Shown here: positions 9,901 through 20,410 of the stretch, in pieces | Position numbering within the stretch: the stretch's first letter is position 1 | Layout of the letters: each line of letters starts with the position of its first letter | NCBI GenBank assembly: GCA_009859145.1 | Contig: VRVR01000006.1 | Span: 338,596 to 402,595, forward strand | Length of the DNA stretch: 64,000 nt | Source of the DNA: Andalucia godoyi And28 | Lineage: Eukaryota > Protista > Jakobida | Reading direction: 5' to 3' | Position numbers and translations under genes: made by a program | Notes under the pieces: generated by a model | Told to the model about the DNA's origin: nothing | Databases searched by the model: none | The model's input: only the letters and a program-made list of their open reading frames with translations

Positions 9901-9956
9901 TCTTCTTTTTGATTTCCAAGCGTGTGGGAGATTAGACAGAGAGAATACGCGGAGGG

Positions 9957-10682
9957 ATGTCAGAAAATGCCGTGCTGATATCTGCTGGCCTAAATTGCAC
10001 GATCCGATGGCAGCTGGATGTATGTGAACGTGGAGTCATCCCGCAGTCCAACCAAGATTCTGCTGGCCCGACGTACCCTTTCGATTGGATTGGGGTTACA
10101 ACGCCTGCACTGCCTCTGGTTCTTCGACATGGCATTGGTGACTGTTTTGAACCTAGCAAAACACGAATTGTGTTTGAAAAGTCAAATCTGGCAAATCCGC
10201 ACTTGTGGGTAGAGAGCGAAGCGCATGGACATCTTGTTGTGTCGATGCACGACGTTCCTCGCGAGTCCATTCGCGGCTACGAAGCGGAGATAAGTGACTT
10301 GAGGGCAAAGTTTCAACGACGGCTGGATCGACTGAGAAGCTTCATGGAGCAACGTGACGTGATTCTGATTCGGTACCAACGACGCGATGATCCCACCGAT
10401 CCTGCTTTGTGGACGGATGCGCTTCGCGATACGTGTGCATTCCTGAGAGAATCATTTCCATTGCGCAAGCATTTGTGCGTCGTAGTGATGCATGCGTCGG
10501 CTCCGATGCACGAAGTCCCGTCCGATGCATTTCGAATCGATATTGATTGCCTTCCTCTGGTCCAACAGCGGGATCCAGACAACTGGCAAGAACATCATTA
10601 CAATTGGCCGTTGGTGTTTCAGATGGCTCGCAATGAGCACTCTCGGCGCTGGAATCAGCAGCTTTTCTCACATTCTGCATAG
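9957..10682 (+). CDS. DUF1796 putative papain-like cysteine peptidase family protein
   Basis: N-terminal ISAGLNC...YPFDW motif, then 'SMHD' and 'KFQRRLDRLR', characteristic of DUF1796. Intronless. Confidence 0.75.
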   Translation: MSENAVLISAGLNCTIRWQLDVCERGVIPQSNQDSAGPTYPFDWIGVTTPALPLVLRHGIGDCFEPSKTRIVFEKSNLANPHLWVESEAHGHLVVSMHDVPRESIRGYEAEISDLRAKFQRRLDRLRSFMEQRDVILIRYQRRDDPTDPALWTDALRDTCAFLRESFPLRKHLCVVVMHASAPMHEVPSDAFRIDIDCLPLVQQRDPDNWQEHHYNWPLVFQMARNEHSRRWNQQLFSHSA

Positions 10683-10854
10683 TATCCTAAAGTAAACACA
10701 CCAATTTTATACCTTTGTTTTCTTCTTGAGCGGGCGATCCACGACATGCTACCATCTCGTCCAGCACCCGAAAAAGTCACTGCACCTCCGCGATCGTCGA
10801 ATTTTGCAGCCGGGATAGCGTAAAGTACATTATATGAACGCCGGATTCGCCGTA

Positions 10855-11910
10855 TTATGACGACGGGGGTTGGAATTGAAGCACCGACACAAACATCGGT
10901 CCAAAGCCTCCTTGGTTGCGATCTGGCATGATGTACAGCCCGCGCTCTGATCGATCAGGAGCAAGATCACTGAGTCCAACTCCACCGCAAGCGGACCTGC
11001 ACAGCCCGTGCCACTCCGGAGGAGCGTCAGAAACAATACGTACCGGCTGGTCGGTATCCAGCACACCATCCAGACCATACCTCTGCAGGTTCCTTTCCAA
11101 CTTGCGCGTAAAGTTGTCCACAACACTGTCGTTTTCTAATGGAGATATGGAGCACGTGCTGTACACGACGCGGCCGGACGGCTTGATCAGATGGGCAGCA
11201 GAAAGCAAGAGCTGAAGCTGCCTTTGTGCGTTCTGCACAGTTCGGGCAGGCGACCACTTTTCCATTTCGGCTGGATCGGCAAGCAGGTGTCGTTCGGAAG
11301 AACAGGGGGCGTCCACAAGGATGAAGTCAAATGAGTGCGGCGCAAACTTTGCGAATAGCTTCGACGGATTCGTAGCATCGATTCCGATGACACCGAGCTT
11401 ACCCATGCTCTGCGGCGCACCGACCATCCATTCCTCTATCACCCTTCTGAGCCGCACACGACGCTGTTGACTAACATCATTCGAGAAGATTTCAAAAGAC
11501 ATAGAAGAGTCCCTCGCAGCAAGTAAGTTAGCCAAGGCAACGGTCTTTCCACCCGGAGCTGCGCACATGTCCAAAACACGTACGAGTTTCCGTTCCGAGC
11601 TTGCCGCACCCCGAAATGCCGGACACGAGGACATGATCGGCGACAACAAGCTCACGCACGGCAACACAGACGCTGCATCCAAGTGGTACACCGGCTCCGA
11701 CAGACCGCTGTCGCGAGGCTCCTTAGTCGCAAGGACTCTGTCGTTGCTCGATCGAGCGTCGCCTTTGGATTCCGGCAGCAGTCGTGAAAAAGGGAACGGA
11801 ACTGCAATGTGAGTAACGGGTCTTTGCATCGCCCGGACGAGTGAATTCCATCGTGCTGCGCCGTAGATCCCGCTGTAGTACGCATGGAAGCCATCAAGCC
11901 CATAACGCAT
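10855..11910 (-). CDS. RNA m5C methyltransferase, RsmB/NOP2/NSUN family (NSUN3/NSUN4-like)
   Basis: YHLDAAS, VLDMCAAPGGKT (motif I), ILVDAPCSSE (motif IV), VVYSTCSISPLEN (motif VI) and GPMF. Confidence 0.9.
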   Translation of the reverse strand: MRYGLDGFHAYYSGIYGAARWNSLVRAMQRPVTHIAVPFPFSRLLPESKGDARSSNDRVLATKEPRDSGLSEPVYHLDAASVLPCVSLLSPIMSSCPAFRGAASSERKLVRVLDMCAAPGGKTVALANLLAARDSSMSFEIFSNDVSQQRRVRLRRVIEEWMVGAPQSMGKLGVIGIDATNPSKLFAKFAPHSFDFILVDAPCSSERHLLADPAEMEKWSPARTVQNAQRQLQLLLSAAHLIKPSGRVVYSTCSISPLENDSVVDNFTRKLERNLQRYGLDGVLDTDQPVRIVSDAPPEWHGLCRSACGGVGLSDLAPDRSERGLYIMPDRNQGGFGPMFVSVLQFQPPSS

Positions 11911-12465
11911 ACTTATGCTCCCACTTTGTGCTGCCCCAGAGCCTCTGCACGGGACGCCTCACCAGTCACACAGCGCACCTGTCTTCCTATGTTTCTCTCC
12001 AAAAAAGACCGCCCGTCGATTTCCAAGGACGCTTTTCCCCATTCAACAGAACAAAACAAACGAACAAACAAAGGAAAGAAAAGGAAAAAACCAGAATAAA
12101 CCGAAAATGGACCGTAGTCAGTTGTCAGCGTACGACAGGCCATCTTCTCATCCCCAGCATCAACGGGCAAATCCGCCGTCCAGACTGGACGTGACGTCAC
12201 CGTTTCCTATTTTGGGACGGACTTTACTGCAAAAGAGAAAAACTCCCGAAGAAAAAACCCGATTAGCAAGCAGCAACATCGACCAAGTTGAAAGCAAGAG
12301 AGAGAGAAAAAAACGTGATGTTTTTCGTTTGTCAAAGTGTGAATACGGAACAGTGGAGCAAAGAGTTGGGGGTTATCTGTGGTCTTCCTGCTTGTCTGAA
12401 CAACAAGGAATAAAACAATCAAACAAAACAAACAACAGCAACAACCACGGGTAGGATATAAGAGG

Positions 12466-13743
12466 ATGCCAGAAATCCAAGTGGAGACGATCGATGGAGA
12501 AGCATTCACCGTTGATCTGCCACATTCGTCGTCGGTACTGAGACTTAAAGAAGAGATTTCTCTGCACACATCGGTTCCTATTTTTGCACAACGGCTTGTT
12601 CTTCGCGGCCGGATTTTGGAAGATGCTGCGTCCACAGACACCTTGTTCTCGACTCTGCAGGTGTATGATCGGTTCGTGGTGATGCTCCATGTTGACTCGG
12701 TGTACATGAACAGACATGTGAATTGCGACAATTCAAATCCAGGACGTATGTATCTCTCTCTCTCTCTCTCTCTCTCTTCTTTCTCGATAAGTTTTTTTGA
12801 AATATATGTGTCACTAACCCGAATGATTTTTGGCGTGAAAGCAGAGGTGAATCTGCAGATGCCTGGGGTGCGGGTTGGCCATTGCATGGTTCGAGTGGAT
12901 GCTCGAACAGCCTTGTTGTTTGGAGGAGTGTCGCAGAAGGTGTACACCAATGATGCGTTCTTGTATGATGTGGAGACGTACAGATTTGAAAAGATCGCAA
13001 TGACGGGCGATTTGCCTGAACCGCGGTCCGATCATGCTGCGTTTGTGTATGGCCACAAGCTGTGGACCTGGGGTGGGCGATCGAGCAACCAGTTCTTTTC
13101 GAGGATTCATTGCATGGATCTGGACACACATCGATGGAGTATTGTGTACCAGAATGGCGGGTTGGAGCCTCCCGCACGAGCTCGGTTTTCATACACGGTT
13201 TTCCAGAACCTCTTCATTGTTTTTGGCGGATATGGACCGCGGTTTGACCTGATGCAGGATCTGTGGATCTTCAACTTGGATACGATGCGCTGGGTCCAAG
13301 CTGCGCAGCTTGGGAACGTTCCGCCTCCTATTGCCGGAATGTCAATGTGCGTTATGGAGGATGAAATTTGGGCATTTGGAGGTCTGTCTGCCAGCTTTTC
13401 AAATGCCGTGTACGTGCTGAATCCGCATTCATTCACTTGGAGGTTTGTGCAGACAAAGGGGATGCAGCCTGCTCCGCGAGGAGTGCATATTGCTTCTGCA
13501 TTCGACCGGAAAATCGTCGTGTTTGGAGGCTTCAGCTCGCAATCGAGATTCAACTCGTTCCATGTGCTGGATACGCGATCGCTCGAATGGACCAGACCAG
13601 AAGTCGACTTTGAGCTCCACGGTCGTTCTGCCCACGCTGGAGTACGGATGGGACGTCGACATTGGCTGATCTATGGCGGCGAAAACGGTGCTGTTGTGTT
13701 CTCGGATCTGGCAACATTGGAGTTGCACATGTCAGACTTGTAG
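12466..13743 (+). CDS. Ubiquitin-like domain plus kelch-repeat protein (2 exons, about 392 aa)
   Basis: N-terminal UBL (QRLVLRGRILED) and six kelch repeats (R..H...FGG...W). Intron 12746-12844. Confidence 0.85.
   Translation: MPEIQVETIDGEAFTVDLPHSSSVLRLKEEISLHTSVPIFAQRLVLRGRILEDAASTDTLFSTLQVYDRFVVMLHVDSVYMNRHVNCDNSNPGRMYLSLSLSLSSFSISFFEIYVSLTRMIFGVKAEVNLQMPGVRVGHCMVRVDARTALLFGGVSQKVYTNDAFLYDVETYRFEKIAMTGDLPEPRSDHAAFVYGHKLWTWGGRSSNQFFSRIHCMDLDTHRWSIVYQNGGLEPPARARFSYTVFQNLFIVFGGYGPRFDLMQDLWIFNLDTMRWVQAAQLGNVPPPIAGMSMCVMEDEIWAFGGLSASFSNAVYVLNPHSFTWRFVQTKGMQPAPRGVHIASAFDRKIVVFGGFSSQSRFNSFHVLDTRSLEWTRPEVDFELHGRSAHAGVRMGRRHWLIYGGENGAVVFSDLATLELHMSDL
12746..12844 (+). other. Spliceosomal intron (99 nt, in frame and stop-free)
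   Basis: GTATGT donor, (TC)n tract, CACTAAC branch site (12812-12818), CAG acceptor. Removal gives NPG-Q-VNLQMPGVRVGH. Confidence 0.8.
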
Positions 13744-13964
13744 AAGAAATACCATCATTTGCAAAAAGAACAGAACGCCGGGGTACGTACGAGCAAGCAT
13801 CTGCCTTTTCATTTATTTATTTACCCTCCCAATACCAATAAACGTGAAAAGAATACCAAAACATTGCACTGCCTGCCTGCCTGCACCCAGCACTTAAAAC
13901 AAAAACAAAAATTAAAAATTAAAATTAAAAAAAAATAATTAAAAGAAGAAGAAAGAGGCCAGGA

Positions 13965-16900
13965 TTACAAACCAAGACGCGCTCTGCGCTCTTCCATGGA
14001 CAACGAGTCCAAATCTTCAGAATTCCGACCGACCTGCAACCGGGGTCGGAAAATTCCTCTTCCAAAGTACTCGGCAATGGTACGGAAACCATCCTTTGAC
14101 TGCTCGAGGTTCTTGAAGAACTGTTCGTGTTGGTACGCAGCATTCTCGTGCTGCCGTCGGATATCCAGAAATCGCCGATTGCCCGGCGCACAGATCGGAC
14201 ATTCCGATTCATTGTCGCCCATGCAATGCAAATGGAAGGAATGCATGCACATAAAATGAACCGCAGGCAAGTCTAGAGTGGAGCCGCAACCTGTGCATTT
14301 CGACTGCTGGAAGATCCGAGCAGAAGTTCGAAGATCATCAATCTCCTGCTTCATCTTGCGTGTTTCCTCGCGGAACTTGGATATCGCCGCTTCATCGTCG
14401 GAAATGGAAGCCTGTTCCTTGGCCAGCAACTGCATCAAGTAGTCCTTAACCGACGCCAGAGTGAGGGCGTTCGATCGAGAAAGAACCTGGAGAACAGAGA
14501 GCGGAGGAAGCATGCCACCCTTGTCAATCGAATCCAGCATCCGACGGATGTTCCCCGAATAGTCTGCATCGGGATGGTTGGACGACAGGTCGGCAAAATA
14601 TGCCAACACCTGAATCCACATGTTTGGATCAGAGGCAGCATAAGCCTCGCACGTCTTGACGACATTCTCTGCATCATTTTCATCCATATACAGCTGCAAA
14701 ATGTCGTGGTAGAGCTGCATCTGCGTGTACAGAAACAGCGTTGCGGGCCGGAAACCACTCTCCTGCACAAGCATCAACGCATGCTGCGGATCGTAATTTG
14801 CAGAATCCGACTTCAAGAGCTTCATCGATTTCGTTGTGTCAGGATTGTTGAACGCAGCATCGCTGACAGCATCCTCTTTCAGGTAGACCTCAAGCATGGT
14901 GTGGAAGATACGTTGCGAACACTTGGGAACACGAGAAACGACAAATTCGAGGAACGCAATAAGCTCCTTTGGCTGATCAACAAAGCAATGCAAAAAATCT
15001 TCTGCGTTTGCCCGTTGCAACGTCGGAATAGGAGGGGTCGAAGGAACATCGTCACCTGACAGTAGCGCCGCAGAAGAAGGCTTCGCACGAGGAGCCGAAA
15101 ACAACTTGTCACGCGCAGATGCACTTGCAGTCGGAGTGGACTCCTCCGATTTAGCAGGCTGCAAAAGCTCGGCGAGACTGTGGACCTCTGAGCCTGATTG
15201 CTGATCCTTGCGAACGGGCTGCACCGTCTGCGATGGAGAGTTCTTCTTGATTTCCTCCGCAGCAAGTGCATTCTGCTTCGCAACGCTCGCATCCTCGCGG
15301 GGCTTCTCGCGTTCGCGCTCAGCAGGCTTTGGATCATCATCCTTGTCCCTAGACACGCGATACATGATATTCCGGAAAATGCCATTCATCTTTTTCCCGA
15401 GAGAGATCGAAGTGGAATCCTTCGGCTGCTGTTGCAATTGCGGATCTGATTTTCCCACTGCTGGTGCCGTTGCAGCTTGCTGATGAGGCTCCTTCTCTTC
15501 TCGCTCCTTCTCTGGAGCCGAAGGAGCTTGGGCAAAGGACTTTCTGCTCTTGGGCTTGTAATCTGTGCACAGCACCTGCAAAAATTCACGTGCATTCTTA
15601 GGAACAGCAGTGCACAACAGCGTGCCGTACTGTTTCATGAACGTTTCACAGTATGCAAATTCAAGAGTGCTCAGAAATTCGAGCGCATCGGAATACTGCT
15701 TGAGGTCGTCCAGCAAAATCTTCATGCACCAGTCATGTTCGTTGTGCTTCAAGGCGAGGAAAAGCGCGTGTTCATGGTAACTTGCCTGTCTGCAAACGCG
15801 AATGGCTGTATCAACATCGTAGTGGAGTTCCGAATTTCTCTTGATGAACGCGTCCAACTTGGCAACATCTTTGAGCTTCGTGTAGCAGTTGATCAGAAGC
15901 GTTGTATGATCTGCCGTCGCCTTGCTCTTGGTGTGCAATTCTTCCAGATACCGCGTCAAGTTGTGGATGCGCTGAGCATCCAAAAACTTCCGGATCACAT
16001 ATGACGGCTCGAGACGGCCAATCGTTCGAATATACTGCGATACCGCCTGATCGTAGTCTCCCTTGGAGTACGAATGGTCTCCAAACTTTCGGAAAATGTC
16101 CGCGACGAAGGCATCGTCGAGATTTGAAGACTGAGCCAAGTTAACCGCAATCTGGTACAAGTTCTTTCGAAAGAGAGTATCCAATTTCGTCTGGATGTCC
16201 TTCTCCTCCAACTGCACCATTCGCTGCACCGTGGTTCCGTCCGGCTTAAAGTCGTCGATCACCAAGAAGATCGAGCCCCATTCCGATACGACATGCTTGA
16301 CCGGTCCGAAGATTCCCGAGAATGCAATCAGCTTGTTTCGGAGATCGTACACATTCACCGACGATCTTCTTGGATCCTGCGCATCCTTTCCGATCACAAC
16401 CAAGTAACTTCGGAACCATCCGAGCTTCGTCTTTTCTCCCTCAAAGGCAAAGCAAGGGCCCCTGCCTTCCGCACCGAAGAAAAAGACCGCTTCTCGCTGC
16501 CCAACCGCGATGTCACGATCATCGGTGATTGTCGACAGACCAAGCGGGCATCCGCGCATGTCAAGCACCTCGTCGGACTCCCCACGGCTGGAAATGCGAA
16601 TGGAATGAACCTCATCCGTGGTACTGACCAGCAAAGCATACTCTGCACCCGGGATCTTTCGCAGCCCGATGTTGGTTACGGTTGCCCCTGGTCCAAAGAT
16701 GCATTTTCCAGCTTTGGTAACCTTTTCACGAGCAAGATCGCCGCGGAACAGATGGATTCTGCCGTCGCTCAACCCAACGGCAACAAGCGACAGATCCTCA
16801 GAGGCATCCAACGCAGTCACCGAAGGCAGCGGACTCGTTTGCTTTGTATTGAAAATCTTGATAGTTTTAACCAAATCAGGTTCGTCATTCTCCAAATTCC

Positions 16901-17365
16901 AAATCTTGATTGTTCCTTGGTTCACACCTTCGCCATCATCACCAACTGCAACCAAAAAGTTGCGTTGCTTGCACTGATGGACCAACGTAACAGCCGTCTG
17001 AAACGCTTGGAACGCTGTCAACGTGAAATTTCGCGAAAGAAACCGAATGCTACCCGTCGAATCTCCAAAAAGTATTCTTCCGCGTCCCGAAGAAACACAC
17101 GTCACATCAATCGCCTACAAAAATTCTCGCAATTTCAAAACAACAACGACAACGACAAATGCACAATACAATATTGTAGAAAAAACCAAACCCTTAGCAA
17201 CAATAACCCAACCAGTCCGAAACCAATGTACAAAAAATATACAAAAGGAAGGAAATCATCACAAAATAGAAAAGAACATACTTCAATTCCAGCATGAGGC
17301 TGAGTCTGACCCTCCTCCTTCACGATAGCCTTTTCAAAAAAGGCGAATTTTTTCCACTGAAACAT
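13965..17365 (-). CDS. VPS11: Vacuolar protein sorting 11 (HOPS/CORVET core), 2 exons, about 1077 aa
   Basis: Exon 1 (17365-17282) encodes MFQWKKFAFFEK. Beta-propeller, clathrin-like repeats (YVIRKFLDAQRI), C-terminal RING (CTGC...HFMCMHSFH..C...CPIC) and VPS11_C. Confidence 0.95.
17115..17281 (-). other. Spliceosomal intron (167 nt, phase 0) in VPS11
   Basis: GTATGT donor, T-rich body, TTTGTAG acceptor; joins HAGIE to AIDVTCVSSG in frame. Confidence 0.85.
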
Positions 17366-17860
17366 AAGACGGACAGCAGGGGGGAGAAGAAAGGGTGGAG
17401 AAAAAAGCACAATGAACCGACGCGGTGGGAGAAAAAAAAAGAAAAGAATGGGAAACAAAAACAATATATAATAAGATTAAGAAGACGAGGAAAACATAAG
17501 ATTGAAAGAGAAAAGAAAAAAACGAAAAGGACAGAAACGAGAGAAAAAGCCAAGACTGAAAAGCTCGGTCGAACTCTACGAGGCGCAGAGAGACACAGAG
17601 AGAGAGAGAGAGAGAGAGAGAAAGGGAGGGAGAGAGAGAGGGGCGCTGGGAAAGATGGGATGAACTACAGCCGTTGCTGCTGCTTGAGGCTCATGCGCGA
17701 TGTTTTTTCTTTTGTTTTTGCAAGAGGAAAGGAGGGTTTTATTGTTTTAAATCATGTTTTGTATAATAACAATAACAATAACAATAACAATAACAATAAC
17801 AATAACAATAATAATTCTTGGCTTCCTTTTTCTTTCAAGTGACGATTTTGATTTTGATTC

Positions 17861-20261
17861 ATGAGTGGGCCAAGTAGCCAGCCGTCTGCATCTCTCCCGG
17901 GAGACGTTACCAAGAATCTGACAGTCTCGGATCTGTTTGCAGTATGTGTCCAGTCGCTTTCCGTATTTTTATTTTATTTTTTAGATCTTGTTTCTGACAG
18001 AAAGTGCTCATGTTATTATTGATATGGGAGGAAATTAGGCTCGCGTCTCTGAGATTGACGAGTTCCGGAATGTAGTTGGTACATTTCAGGGTACGAAGCG
18101 GGTGTTTCAGCTGTTGCCACGATACATGCGGCGAAGAGCAATGAGCCATAATCCGCATCTGGTTCCCAAAAAGCTTCGTGCAGCTGCAATCCGAGAGGTT
18201 GACCAATCTGGACACGGAGTTCCGAACCGTACTCCAAGGAAGCTCCGCAGAAAACCAAAGAATCTAATGAGCGAGTATTCGCGGCGGTCAAGGGAATTCA
18301 AATGGCTTGAGACGCACATTTGGCATGCAAAACGTATGCACATGGTTCCTCTTTGGGGCTACAAGATTGCGCGAGAGACCTGTGCAAGGACCATTCGGTC
18401 TCTGATGTTCTCTCAACGAAACGGATGCTCCATTTACGACGCTTCGCATTTTTCTACGATCCAGATTTCTGCTGCGGACTCAATCGATGATTTGTGGTCG
18501 GTTCTGAGCACCATTGTTCCGGATTTTCAGATTGGAACGCTGAGAAGTGACAAGAGCTTTGTATCGGGGTCGCGGTTTGCAGAGGCATTACTGTATCAGC
18601 CCGGAAGGTATCCATTTGGGTTCTTGTGTCCATGCCACGTGCTGCTTCGACAATTCGACGGTGCCACCCAGAACCCTCAAATGTGGATCGTGGTGCACCC
18701 TAGCGCAGTCGATGCCGTCCGGAGTTTGCTGAGCACGATGGCTTCGACTCTCGATCCGTCGCGCAAGATTGCGATTGTTGTAGATGACTTGACATTGAAG
18801 GTGAACCGTTTTGAATTGCGAGGATCGCGCTCCCACGCAATTCTTCGTTCCGTGCTGCGTGTGAACGATGCAAAGTCGTCCAAACACTCTGTGGCGGTGT
18901 GGAATGCGCTGTCAATTTTGCAATCGACAGACATCCTTCCACCACACTCTGTTCTTGCTTTGGAAGTCGATGATCCTCGAGCTTCCTTTCCACCGGTTCC
19001 GCAGCGATTGGCGAAGCTTCCCCCGGCCGACACGTTGATGCGGGAACAGATGATTTTGGCGCGACTGGCAGCCAGCTGGCCACGATCGAAAGTTTGCGAT
19101 TCACCGCTCTGGGATGTTGACAAGAGGAACGCAGCTTCCTCTAAAATGCAAACAGAGCAGGAGCTGAACAAGCGACGACGGAGTCGCTTACTCCGGGGGC
19201 TGCCTCCCCGGCTCGAAGCCAAAGATGGGGATCTGATGCAGACCGTTCCCATTTTGCTCCTCCAGAATGGCAATGGATGGGATCTCATAGTGCCTTCCTG
19301 TTGGGGATTGGTGTTCTGGAGGTCTTTGTACGTCTGCGGTGGTCGTGCAGCGGCACTTGCCGACCGTCATCGACGGATGACTGATCGTTGCCTCCCGTCT
19401 TTCCCCGAAGATTCGATCGATACGGTTCCATACTTGTGGATGGCAAGCGAACGCTCGCTGCAGTTAGCGGAAATGTATCATCGAAAACCACCTTCGAAGC
19501 GCATCAACTTCGAACTCAAGAACATCGACTCGCCTTTCCTTCCAGAGTGGCAGAATGCAGTCGGCTCTCCGTGGCCATGGCCGCTGACTGTGGATGTGGA
19601 TCTGCTGCAAGTTCGCTCATTTATTACTGAAGCTCAGAAGTTCCGTATGTGCAAGGAAACAAGACGGATGCTTTGCAAGAAATCAGAACGCGAAGATCTC
19701 GAAGACGAGGGCGTGGTGGGTAATGTGTTCACGAGATTGCTGACGGCTGAGGAACACTTGAAGAAGGAAGTGCAGTATTTCGTCATTCGGGATCCCCCGA
19801 CGTTGAAGCTGCTGTCTGCCCCAGCGACTTTGCTGCAGTTCGTGGACTCAGCTCGCTCGCAAGTCCTTGAGCGGGCGTTTGTTCGGATTGCAGTCACCAT
19901 GATTAATCGCGGAAACCCTTCGGAAAATGCAATTTTGTGTGTCCCGCGTGCGGAAGATCTATCCCGACTGGATGCAACGTCTCGATCACAGCCGCTGCTG
20001 GATGGTGAGCTGGCGTGGGATGGCGCTCCCCTTGCGGAGCGGCTCATCGCTGGGTATCTGACATCGCAAATGATGTCCTTTACTAGCGGGTGCGGTGTGG
20101 GCGTGGGTTGTATTTCTCTGAAGCGATTGGCGCAGTGGGCCGCTTTTTGCCGTAGCGTCCAACGACTCGATGACATGTTTCTGATGTTGTGTTGCAATAA
20201 CGAATCTGACATTTGCAGATTCTGCAGATTCGAAGTCATCTCGCAAACGGATCGATTATAA
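17861..20261 (+). CDS. POP1: RNase P/MRP protein subunit POP1, 2 exons, about 767 aa
   Basis: FQLLPRYMRRRAMSHN and WLETHIWHAKRMHM motifs, POPLD-like GWDLIVP..W...FW. Exon 1 is 17861-17941. Confidence 0.92.
17942..18038 (+). other. Spliceosomal intron (97 nt, phase 0) in POP1
   Basis: GTATGT...ATTAG. Splicing gives SDLFA-ARVSEIDEF, matching the POP1 N-terminal pattern, in frame with the 18102 ORF. Confidence 0.8.
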
Positions 20262-20410
20262 ATAGAAATAAGAAGCAGATGCAGGAGAGGAACGACAAGA
20301 GAAATTCTATTTTACCCAATCTCGTTTGGCTTTCTTTTTTCTTTTTTTCCTCTTCTTCTTCTTCTTCTTCTTCTTTTTGCTTTGCTGTTTGGTTTGCTTT
20401 GAAAGTCGCG

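Noticed and set aside
12189-12200. TGACGTCA (CRE-like) palindrome between the divergent NSUN and kelch genes
   Set aside because: A single 8-mer; it cannot be distinguished from chance without genome-wide enrichment.
15000-15560. Low-complexity insertion in VPS11 as a possible unspliced intron
   Set aside because: It has coding-like composition, no T-rich tract or clear splice signals, and stays in frame; most likely a disordered loop.
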